A DNA stretch of 64,000 nucleotides from Candidatus Nomurabacteria bacterium (GTDB taxonomy: Bacteria > Patescibacteriota > Minisyncoccia > Phycocordibacterales > UBA9973), in assembly GCA_026396015.1 (NCBI GenBank), contig JAPLXP010000004.1, positions 1,546 to 65,545 of the forward strand, written 5' to 3'. The position numbers were made by a program, and so were the translations under genes. Shown here piece after piece: positions 30,782 through 38,686 of the stretch. A model generated the notes under the pieces. That model was not told the DNA's origin and did not search any database. It was given only the letters and a program-made list of their open reading frames with translations. Numbering within the stretch: the first letter of the stretch is position 1; every line of letters begins with the position of its first letter.

Positions 30782-31692
30782 AAATTGAGCTTTTTTAATT
30801 TATCATTGAGGGTTGGCAGGATTGGTTTTAATTTATATTCTCCAAATTTATTTATTGACTCATCTATTTTATGTCTAGCTAGATTATTCGTAAAATAACC
30901 ATTTATATGATAATCCACACCACGCTGGTATGTAGCAGCACCCAAATCAATAACACTAAAACCTTTTTGGGGATCATAAAAAAGATTTGAAATCTTAGAA
31001 GGATCAGTGCCTACACCATGTGATGCATACATATTTATCAACTGGACAAGATTGTCGTAATGATCTTGTGAAATGCCATCTATCTCATGTTGGGAATACT
31101 CGTGAACATCTTTACCTACTGCTTTATCCTGAACCACATAAGTAAAATCATTCGCAGTGAAAACGTCGTATGTCTTTATAACATTTTCACCCTCGAGATC
31201 TTTTGTGAGTTTAACCATCGGTAATTCAAATGGATAATTCCCAGCACTAACGATTTTAACTATTTTATTGTTGGGCAAATCATAGACACCTTTCTGATTA
31301 GCACCTTTGTTTGTAATAGATTCCTTGTTCGAAATAAATGACAATAATTCTTTTCGAGCATTCTCATCTCCCTCAAAAGAAAAAGCATCAATTAGTTCTT
31401 TTTGTTTGAAACTTGATAGGTCTTTAAAATTCACGACTTCATCAAGAATTTTTCTTTGGTCCAATAGTTCTGCAGTTGTAATTTTGCCACTTTTTTTAGC
31501 ATCAATAAGTTCACTAGTCTTGATATTAACCAAATAATCTAATACTTCCAGATCTCCACCTGAAGCAGATTTTATACTTTCTATATAATCGGCATCTACT
31601 AAAAAACTAGAAGATTCTTGAATTTCTCCTGTGGGGATATTTTCATTCTGTTTATCGGGTTTATTTATTAAGCTATTTATCTTATATTCCAT
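30778..31692 (-). CDS. Hypothetical protein with a C-terminal protein-kinase-like fold
   Basis: KIVKI, YVVQDKA, DPSKISNLFYD and VIDLG pattern. Start at ATG 31692 overlaps the upstream stop (TAATG). Confidence 0.5.
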   Translation of the reverse strand: MEYKINSLINKPDKQNENIPTGEIQESSSFLVDADYIESIKSASGGDLEVLDYLVNIKTSELIDAKKSGKITTAELLDQRKILDEVVNFKDLSSFKQKELIDAFSFEGDENARKELLSFISNKESITNKGANQKGVYDLPNNKIVKIVSAGNYPFELPMVKLTKDLEGENVIKTYDVFTANDFTYVVQDKAVGKDVHEYSQHEIDGISQDHYDNLVQLINMYASHGVGTDPSKISNLFYDPQKGFSVIDLGAATYQRGVDYHINGYFTNNLARHKIDESINKFGEYKLKPILPTLNDKLKKLNL

Positions 31693-32054
31693 TACTTTAT
31701 GTGAGTTCCTTGATGGAAAAACATCCTCCAATTTTCGCTCTCTTTTTTCCAAATAGAGCTTCGAAGGGATGTGGAATTCAAAACATCATTCACTATTTTT
31801 TCAGTTTTAAATGTCGCAAGAGCACAATCTTCTGATAGAATTTTAACATTAAAATCCTCTACCTTATAGACAACACTGTCTGTATTTGAAGGTAGTCTTT
31901 CGAGTATGTGCTTCTTGTCATAGACTAGGCCTGAACTTCCAAATTCAATAAAATCATCCGAGAGTAATTCGTCGAGCTTTGCAGCAGAAGATCTGACCTC
32001 GGGAGTAAGGAGTGACATTTCTAATGCATATATTTTTTGTTCGATATCGGTCAT
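31692..32054 (-). CDS. DUF4440 / NTF2-like protein
   Basis: LL.PEVR, LLSDDFIEFGSSG, LRSSIW and WRMFFHQGT motifs. Confidence 0.85.
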   Translation of the reverse strand: MTDIEQKIYALEMSLLTPEVRSSAAKLDELLSDDFIEFGSSGLVYDKKHILERLPSNTDSVVYKVEDFNVKILSEDCALATFKTEKIVNDVLNSTSLRSSIWKKESENWRMFFHQGTHIK

Positions 32055-32066
32055 AAATTGATTATA

Positions 32067-32592
32067 TCAGAATTTTAGAACTTCTAATTGTTTCAAAATA
32101 TCTTCTGGTGAATTTATTGTATTTACTACAATCTCCCCTTCCAATGGAACAATATTCAAATCACCGTAATGTTTTTCTAATTCATCCAAATTTGTGATCA
32201 ATTGATTCGGCTTGGGATCCTGACTTCTCTGATTAAATCGAGATTCCCATATTTTTCGGTCAGAACATACAACCAAAATAGAGATCAATTTTATATTATA
32301 ATCATCGCACCAAGTATAAAGATTATTAATTTCCTCTTCTTTGTTAAAAGGAAAATCAAGAATAATTTTTGAATTTAAAACTGAGTTTAATTCGAGTATT
32401 TTAAACATTGAATCATAGCTTGATTTTATTCCGAGTGGTGTGATCATTAACATAGAGTGCTGTGACATCATAAATATCATCCTTTCTCAAGATGGGAATT
32501 CCCCTCTCTATAGCAAAAGCATTTGAGATAGTGGTCTTGCCTACACCTGGACGACCCCTGAATAAAATTACTGTTGTTTGATTGTGTTGCAT
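32067..32592 (-). pseudogene. AAA_33-type P-loop kinase split by a +1 frameshift near 32420
   Basis: GRPGVGKTT...LRKDDIYD...RNKI continues as SYDSMF...IILDFPF in the next frame (atc-a-agc-tat-gat). Confidence 0.75.
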
Positions 32593-32610
32593 AAATATAT
32601 TAAGAAAACT

Positions 32611-32769
32611 AAATCTGCGGGCGATGGAGGGTAATCTTTCCTTACAGGAACAGTACACCTTTTCTAAATTCTTACAGAATCACAGAAAAGCTTTCCGATT
32701 CCTCCACGCGAGCAACGCAGGTTGCTCGCTATCGCCCGCAGTTTTTCACTGCATTCCAAACTGCGGGTA
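32611..32769 (-). repeat. tRNA-Trp-3'-derived multi-hairpin element (distal copy)
   Basis: 32611-32737 matches 34507-34633 with 3 substitutions, by manual comparison. Confidence 0.92.
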
Positions 32770-32828
32770 GTGTGGTTCGCGGTTGGAACTCAAATTAAGT
32801 TAGGTTGTTAAATAGACCTCCAATTTTT

Positions 32829-33341
32829 TTAAGGCAATTTTCTCATCGAAGTTTCATTTTGTTCATCCATCTCCATTTCACCCCACGTTTTTTTCTTTCC
32901 TTCCGGAATGAAAACCGGGTCCCAGCCAAAACCTCTATCTCCTCTTGGTTTTACTGAAATAGTTCCCTTTATTTCTCCTTCAAATACCCTAAAGTCTTTT
33001 CCATCATACAGACCAAAGCACACTTTTGCCAGTGCTGATCTATCTTCATAAGAGTCTAAAATTTTACATAATCCTTCATTATCTAGTTCTATTAGAAACC
33101 ATTTTATTAAAGGACCAGGTAATTTCCCTAAAGCATTGAAAGTTAGAGAAGTATCTTCAACAAGGACAGGCGAGTTTGTCTGCTTATATGCTTGCTCCGC
33201 TTTATATTTTGTAACTTCCTGTAGATCAAGAGATTGAATTTCGGGAATATCTAATTTGAGATGTTTAATAGGATACCCTAAGTGTCGGCTTAATTGTTCA
33301 GCCTTTGAAGAATTCCCAGTAATAAATGTTATGTCTTTCAC
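32829..33341 (-). CDS. rdgB: Non-canonical purine NTP pyrophosphatase (RdgB/Ham1); last helix frameshifted
   Basis: FITGN..K, EIQ, VEDTSL, LPGPLIKW and GFGWDPVF motifs. SMRKLP* would read SMRKIALKKL with one extra A. Confidence 0.88.
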   Translation of the reverse strand: MKDITFITGNSSKAEQLSRHLGYPIKHLKLDIPEIQSLDLQEVTKYKAEQAYKQTNSPVLVEDTSLTFNALGKLPGPLIKWFLIELDNEGLCKILDSYEDRSALAKVCFGLYDGKDFRVFEGEIKGTISVKPRGDRGFGWDPVFIPEGKKKTWGEMEMDEQNETSMRKLP

Positions 33342-33413
33342 TTTTTGATTATACCAAAGTTCTAAAGTACAGAACAGTGCATGAAAGGATGTTTACAGAA
33401 TATGGTTTAAAAA

Positions 33414-33453
33414 TGCGGGCGCGAGGCAAGGTAATCTTTCCTTACAGGAACAG
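33414..33453 (-). repeat. Truncated copy of the tRNA-Trp-derived element
   Basis: tgcgggcg...ggtaatctttcccttacaggaacag matches the element end. Confidence 0.75.
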
Positions 33454-33615
33454 AAAACAGGTAAGGTTATTTTTAACTCTTTCATTATATCAAATCGATG
33501 CATCTCGAACACTTAAAAAGTGATATGGATGATAGAGATATAAATTACACTCCTCTGTAATGTTTCCCTTAAAACTAGGAAGTTTTAAGGGATGCATATT
33601 ATGGCAGGCGAACAA

Positions 33616-34437
33616 TTATATAGAATTAGCTAAAATCTTATTCTTTGTATTTTGAGCATATTCAGCAACAGCATCTTTAGGTTTATTTATTGAACTTGGG
33701 ATTATAAGTATTTGACTGGGATTTTTTACTAATATTTCCAAAACCTCTTCAGCTTTTTTTGTAAATTCCTTATCTGGATTATTACTTTCTCCAAACACAC
33801 TATCAAATAGTGGCATTTCGGGGATATGTTTTATAAATTTTTCAGGAATAATCATCCAAATTCCTCTTCTTATAGACTCCAGCATCATACCTTTTAAAGT
33901 CCCCGCGTATCGAGGTTTTTTAGCATTCACAAATGCTGGGAATACGCTACCATGATTAGCATAACCAAAAGCACTCTTTGGAAGAGGTGTAGTGTACACT
34001 CCACTTCCAAAAGTGGTTCCTGATGCTGTTCCTCTTTTGTAGAAATCAGTATTGTAGAAATCAGAAAATGTTCTAATGTCTCTAGTAACTCCTCTGAACA
34101 AAACAAGGGGTTCTTGATTTTGGTCGATAACCTTACTTGAAGATTTAGAATCATTTTGCCAGTCCCCAAACCACTTTTTAAAACTTTCTGTTCTAGCGAT
34201 TTTCCACCATAATTCACTTTGCTTACCTAAATTAGAAACAAGACCATCAGGTGAAACCAATAATTCACCTTTTTCATTTCTATCAGATTCCCTGATTTCC
34301 AAATTCTCAGCTTCACTAAGAATAGCGACTGAAAGATTTTCCATATCTAAAGGTTGCTCGATCCTTAAATTTTTCTTCACTTCCTGATTAGAATCAATTT
34401 TATTCCTGAATAGTCCACCTTCCATTGAATTTTTCAT
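33616..34437 (-). CDS. ADP-ribosyltransferase-fold protein (ART-PolyVal-like)
   Basis: RTESFKKWFGDW...SKVIDQNQEPLVLFRG...FGSGVYTT...A.GYA...F.AFVN...E.LV pattern typical of polyvalent-protein ART domains. Confidence 0.65.
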   Translation of the reverse strand: MKNSMEGGLFRNKIDSNQEVKKNLRIEQPLDMENLSVAILSEAENLEIRESDRNEKGELLVSPDGLVSNLGKQSELWWKIARTESFKKWFGDWQNDSKSSSKVIDQNQEPLVLFRGVTRDIRTFSDFYNTDFYKRGTASGTTFGSGVYTTPLPKSAFGYANHGSVFPAFVNAKKPRYAGTLKGMMLESIRRGIWMIIPEKFIKHIPEMPLFDSVFGESNNPDKEFTKKAEEVLEILVKNPSQILIIPSSINKPKDAVAEYAQNTKNKILANSI

Positions 34438-34506
34438 ACTAACATTATACCAAAGTTCCAAAGTAAAAACAGTGTATAAAATGAAACTTATTTTATATAG
34501 CTTAAA

Positions 34507-34665
34507 AAATCTGTGGGCGATGGAGGGTAATCTTTCCTTACAGGAACAGTATACCTTTTCTAAATTCTTACAGAATTACAGAAAAGCTTTCCGATTCCTC
34601 CACGCGAGCAACGCAGGTTGCTCGCTATCGCCCAACAAAAAAACAGCCGAAGCTGTTTTTACGTG
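34507..34665 (-). repeat. tRNA-Trp-3'-derived multi-hairpin element (proximal copy)
   Basis: Spacer hairpin, inverted tRNA 3' copy with a gcgagcaac-gcag-gttgctcgc insert, conserved core, then a direct 3' copy. Confidence 0.9.
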
Positions 34666-34736
34666 CGGGCGATGGAGGAATCGGACCCCCACCAAAGGTT
34701 TTGGAGACCTTCGTTCTACCACTAAACTAATCGCCC
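34666..34736 (-). tRNA. tRNA-Trp(CCA)
   Basis: Reverse complement gggcgat...atcgccc-g, anticodon loop ctCCAaa. The T-loop is atypical (tccgatt). Confidence 0.88.
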
Positions 34737-34824
34737 GTATTGATATTTATACCCTTTTATAGTCTTTTTTACAAGTGATTAGATTTATACAAAAAAAATA
34801 AATCCCCATAGTGGGGATTTATTT

Positions 34825-34989
34825 TTAACCAGTTATTTTAGCTTCTTTGTGCTTTACGTTAGTTCGGCAAGTTTTACAAAACTTTTTAAACTCGATCTTT
34901 TTAGTAACGAGTTTCTTGTTTTTGCTGGTATAATAGTTCGCATTTTTGCAAACTGAACATTTTAATCTTAAAAGTCTATCTTGTGACAT
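34825..34989 (-). CDS. rpmG: 50S ribosomal protein L33 (zinc-binding form)
   Basis: Not in the ORF track. MSQDRLLRLKCSVCKNANYYTSKNKK...KKFCKTCRTNVKHKE. Confidence 0.92.
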   Translation of the reverse strand: MSQDRLLRLKCSVCKNANYYTSKNKKLVTKKIEFKKFCKTCRTNVKHKEAKITG

Positions 34990-35035
34990 AGTGGGTATAC
35001 TTTACTATAAAACGATAAAAATTGCAAATCAGATC

Positions 35036-36187
35036 CTAATCCCCTATTTTTCTAGGTAAAAGGGCACTGATATGGGTCGTAACCTCATAATTGATAGTAT
35101 CCATTTCTCGGGCTAGATCTTCAGCTTTAATCTCTATTCCCCCTTGTCTTCCAATGAATACAACCTCATCCCCAGATGCCACTTCAGGCAAAACAGATAC
35201 ATCTGCGACCACCATATTCATAGCTACACGGCCTAATAGCGGTACAATCTGCCCACCTATCAATACATGTCCGCGATTAGTAATAGACCTCGTAAGTCCA
35301 TCTGAGTACCCCTGTGGTATTATCGCCACAGACATTGGTCGTTTTGTGACATATGCCAATCCATATCCTATAGTGTGCCCTTTTGGAAGCTTCTTCACCT
35401 GAGCGATATGAGTCACCCATTTTAATGCTGGCTTCAATTCTATTTTATTTTTCCATTGATCTTCAAGTTCCACGCTCGGCCACATACCATAACTACCGAT
35501 ACCTACGCGCACTATACCCGCACTCTGATCTTTTTTATTTTTCTTGGCTTCATATGCTAGCACTCCAGAAGTAGCAGAGATATGCTTTTTGATATTAATG
35601 ATTCCATGCTTTTCAAAAATCTTCATTGAATCTGCATATGTATCTATCTGTTTTTGCGCATGAGAAAAATCATTTGTATCCTCGATGTTTGCAAAGTGAG
35701 AATACACACCATCCACGATTATATTTTTCATCTTCAAAATTTCTGGCAGCATCATATCCAATGTCTCTGGCATTACACCCTCGCGTCCTAGATGAGAATC
35801 CACAGCTAGATGAACTTTTACTTTCTTATCCAATTTACGTGCGATTTGATTTACTAATAGTGCATGTTCAAGATCAAACACACCGAGAGTACCCTTAAGC
35901 ATTAGAGCCTTCTCTATATCATTCTTGCCGACATATCCGAGGACTAATACTTCCTTTTTTGTCACCTTGCGTACACGATCCAATTCCTCTATGCTATTCA
36001 CCTGGAAATAATCCACATATGAATTGAGGATTTTTACTACGATAGAATCACCATGACCATACGCATTGGCCTTGACCACACAGGCCAGCCTTGTATCCGA
36101 TCCAATCAAACTTCTAAATTGCTTGATATTGTGAATCAGATTCCCTTTCGAGATTTCTATATATGACAATGATGAGTTTTTCTGCAT
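35036..36187 (-). CDS. alr: Alanine racemase
   Basis: VVKANAYGHG, YSHFA, VR.GI..YG, GYG, GYSDG and GRVAMN motifs. Confidence 0.95.
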   Translation of the reverse strand: MQKNSSLSYIEISKGNLIHNIKQFRSLIGSDTRLACVVKANAYGHGDSIVVKILNSYVDYFQVNSIEELDRVRKVTKKEVLVLGYVGKNDIEKALMLKGTLGVFDLEHALLVNQIARKLDKKVKVHLAVDSHLGREGVMPETLDMMLPEILKMKNIIVDGVYSHFANIEDTNDFSHAQKQIDTYADSMKIFEKHGIINIKKHISATSGVLAYEAKKNKKDQSAGIVRVGIGSYGMWPSVELEDQWKNKIELKPALKWVTHIAQVKKLPKGHTIGYGLAYVTKRPMSVAIIPQGYSDGLTRSITNRGHVLIGGQIVPLLGRVAMNMVVADVSVLPEVASGDEVVFIGRQGGIEIKAEDLAREMDTINYEVTTHISALLPRKIGD

Positions 36188-36290
36188 CTATCAATGATAC
36201 GCCATTTAGGGACTTTTTCAAAATTGCATTTATCCTATTTTCTGGTAGAATATCGAAACAGAGAAAAATACGTATTTATATTTTTCAATT

Positions 36291-36372
36291 GCCTGGGTGG
36301 CGGAATTGGTAGACGCGCACGACTCAAAATCGTGTCTCGAAAGGGGTGGGAGTTCGATTCTCCCCCTAGGCA
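36291..36372 (+). tRNA. tRNA-Leu(CAA)
   Basis: gcctggg...cctaggc-a, anticodon loop ctCAAaa, long variable arm. Confidence 0.94.
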
Positions 36373-36512
36373 CAAAAAAATTAATGGCTTCGGCCATTTT
36401 TTTTGTGATTAGAACGAGTGAACTGCTTCACTCGCGCGGGAGAATCGAAAGACTTTTCGCTATTCATTTTAATGAATCGAAAAGTACCAGCCGATTCTCC
36501 CCCTGGGCACAA
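36373..36512 (+). repeat. tRNA-3'-derived multi-hairpin element (Leu copy)
   Basis: Spacer hairpin, inverted 3' copy with a cgagtgaa-ctgc-ttcactcg insert, aagacttttc..gaaaagtac core, then the direct copy cgattctccccctgggcaca. Confidence 0.82.
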
Positions 36513-36666
36513 ACAGAAGCGAAGCGACTTTCAAGAGAATTAAAACCATTTAACGTTTGTTTCATATTATAGCTTGAACAGTAATTAAATTTTATACACT
36601 TTTAATACTTTAAAGAATGAGTTTTATTATATGAAATATTTGGTATAATAAGTAAATTATTTACTT

Positions 36667-37482
36667 ATGCGTGAAAATTTTGAAAATAAATATTTTGACA
36701 AACTCGTAGTAAACCCAAACAAACACGAACATTCAGAGAAAAATTTGCACGAGTCCATTATAGAAAATGTAGAAAACATCGGTGGTAAACATATCACTGA
36801 TTTCGAGGTGGCAAAAACAGCCAAAGAAATTGAAATAATCAATTTTGTCTTAGATGAGGCAGACAAAATTTTAAGTAGTTACGGTAGAGAAAAGCATATC
36901 TCCATCCCCCTTGAAAATATTCATATTTTAGTAGATGGTGGTAGTGAAAAATATACAACGGGTAATTTAAAAACAGGTGGACATTCTACAATGCAACGAA
37001 GTGTTATTATTGATAGAGTTAAATCAGATTTAGAGTTTTCAATCATTTTATTTCATGAACTTATACACTTAAAATCATATAGTGCAATTCAGGTTTTAGA
37101 TAATGGCAAGATAGAAGCATACCGTAGTGGCATATCTGTTCGTTCAAGGGATGGGGAACGAAAATATTTAAAAAATATTGAAGAAGGTATCGTTGGATTA
37201 TTAACAGAGAAATTCTACAATACCCTGATTGAAAAAGGAGCTTTTTATATAAACAGAGAAGATATTGCAAATAATAAGATAGAGATAAGTAGGAAAGAAG
37301 AAATCGCTACATTAAATAAAATAGTGGATGATATTTACGGAAAACACAGAGAGCAATTTAAGGATCGAGATCAAGTTTTGAATTTATTTATAAATGCACA
37401 AGTGAATGGAGAACTAATTAAACTCCTGAAATTAATTAAGTCCACATATAAGATTGACTCTTTGAAGGCAAAAAACAACTAG
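36667..37482 (+). CDS. Hypothetical zincin-like (HExxH) metallopeptidase
   Basis: LFHELIH motif with a downstream IEEG. Confidence 0.6.
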   Translation: MRENFENKYFDKLVVNPNKHEHSEKNLHESIIENVENIGGKHITDFEVAKTAKEIEIINFVLDEADKILSSYGREKHISIPLENIHILVDGGSEKYTTGNLKTGGHSTMQRSVIIDRVKSDLEFSIILFHELIHLKSYSAIQVLDNGKIEAYRSGISVRSRDGERKYLKNIEEGIVGLLTEKFYNTLIEKGAFYINREDIANNKIEISRKEEIATLNKIVDDIYGKHREQFKDRDQVLNLFINAQVNGELIKLLKLIKSTYKIDSLKAKNN

Positions 37483-37487
37483 TAATA

Positions 37488-38525
37488 CTAGTTGTTTTTT
37501 ATTACCTCAGGCTCTTGTTCAAGTGTAATACCAAATTTATCAAATACAATCTTAATGATCTGATCACGAGCATTTGCAAAATCCTGCCCAGTAGCCCCGC
37601 CATTGTTCACCAGCACCAGAGCATTCTTTTCATATACAGATACATTACCAAAATTGTGCCCCTTTAGGCCTGCATTCTCAATCAGCCATCCAGCTGGAAT
37701 TTTTACTTTTGAATTGTCTAATTCAAAACAAATAACATTAGGATAATTTTCTTTTATCTTTTCAAATATACTTTTATCTACAATCGGATTTTCGAAGAAT
37801 GATCCTACATTGGGAATCTGATTTGGATTTGGCAATTTAGATGCACGGATATTTATAATCGCATTGCGAATATCCACCAGACTCGGACTAGTGATATTTT
37901 TTTCATCAAAATATTTCTTCACCCCTGGATAGTTCGGCATTTCTGGTGTTTTTTTAGAAAGGCGTAGAGTCACACTCGTGATAAAATATCGTCCTTTTTC
38001 TTCTGTCTTGAAGATACTATCTCTGTATCTAAAATTGCACTCTTCTTTTAATAGAGTCTTGTATTTTAGATTAATAGTATCAAATATATCCACATATATC
38101 AGTGTATCCTTGATCTCCTGACCGTAGGCACCCACATTCTGTACAGGAGTAGCACCCACTGTACCAGGAATAGCAGACATAGCCTCTACACCTGAAAGAC
38201 CCATACTGCAGACCCTCTCTACGAATTTATCCCAATTCTCTCCAGCACCAATTTTCAAAGTTGTAGAATCGTCATCTTCAGCAAGAATATCAAAGCCAAG
38301 AATTTCATCCTTCAGTGCCAATACATTCAACACATCATCATTGAAAACAAGGTTGGACCCGCCGCCGATCGGAAGAACGCGAATATCTTTTTCATGAGCA
38401 AATACATAAACCTGCTTTAAATCAACAGGATCAGACACCCTAGCCATATAGCGAAATTTACCACCACTGTGTAATGTGCAGAAATCACGAACATCCACAT
38501 TTTCTAGTATTTCCATATATTGCAA
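37488..38525 (-). CDS. murB: UDP-N-acetylmuramate dehydrogenase
   Basis: GGGSN, IPGTVGA.PVQNVGAYG, YRDSIFK, GSFFENP, AGWLIE and EQEP motifs. Confidence 0.95.
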   Translation of the reverse strand: MQYMEILENVDVRDFCTLHSGGKFRYMARVSDPVDLKQVYVFAHEKDIRVLPIGGGSNLVFNDDVLNVLALKDEILGFDILAEDDDSTTLKIGAGENWDKFVERVCSMGLSGVEAMSAIPGTVGATPVQNVGAYGQEIKDTLIYVDIFDTINLKYKTLLKEECNFRYRDSIFKTEEKGRYFITSVTLRLSKKTPEMPNYPGVKKYFDEKNITSPSLVDIRNAIINIRASKLPNPNQIPNVGSFFENPIVDKSIFEKIKENYPNVICFELDNSKVKIPAGWLIENAGLKGHNFGNVSVYEKNALVLVNNGGATGQDFANARDQIIKIVFDKFGITLEQEPEVIKNN

Positions 38526-38570
38526 TTATATCATATATGAGATATACTGCAATACATAGTGAAGTAAAAG

Positions 38571-38657
38571 ATATTGTTTTGAGAACCCTTGCGCAGGCGG
38601 GTAGCCGAGCAGAGCAATTTTTCAACAGAAAAATATGCGTGGTGAAAAAAATAATAA
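38571..38657 (+). mobile_element. Palindromic element family A, copy 2 (intergenic, murB/murA)
   Basis: Colinear similarity to the tsaD insertion at 1156-1242. Confidence 0.75.
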
Positions 38658-38686
38658 CTTTTACGTAACGTAATCAAAAAAATATT

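Noticed and set aside
30014-34665. Prophage or classical integron
   Set aside because: No phage structural genes, no intI, and no recognisable RYYYAAC/GTTRRRY attC ends.
32582-34762. Two near-identical plus-strand ORFs (32582-32770 and 34472-34762) as a duplicated small protein
   Set aside because: They are translations of the non-coding tRNA-Trp element, and one runs antisense through the tRNA.
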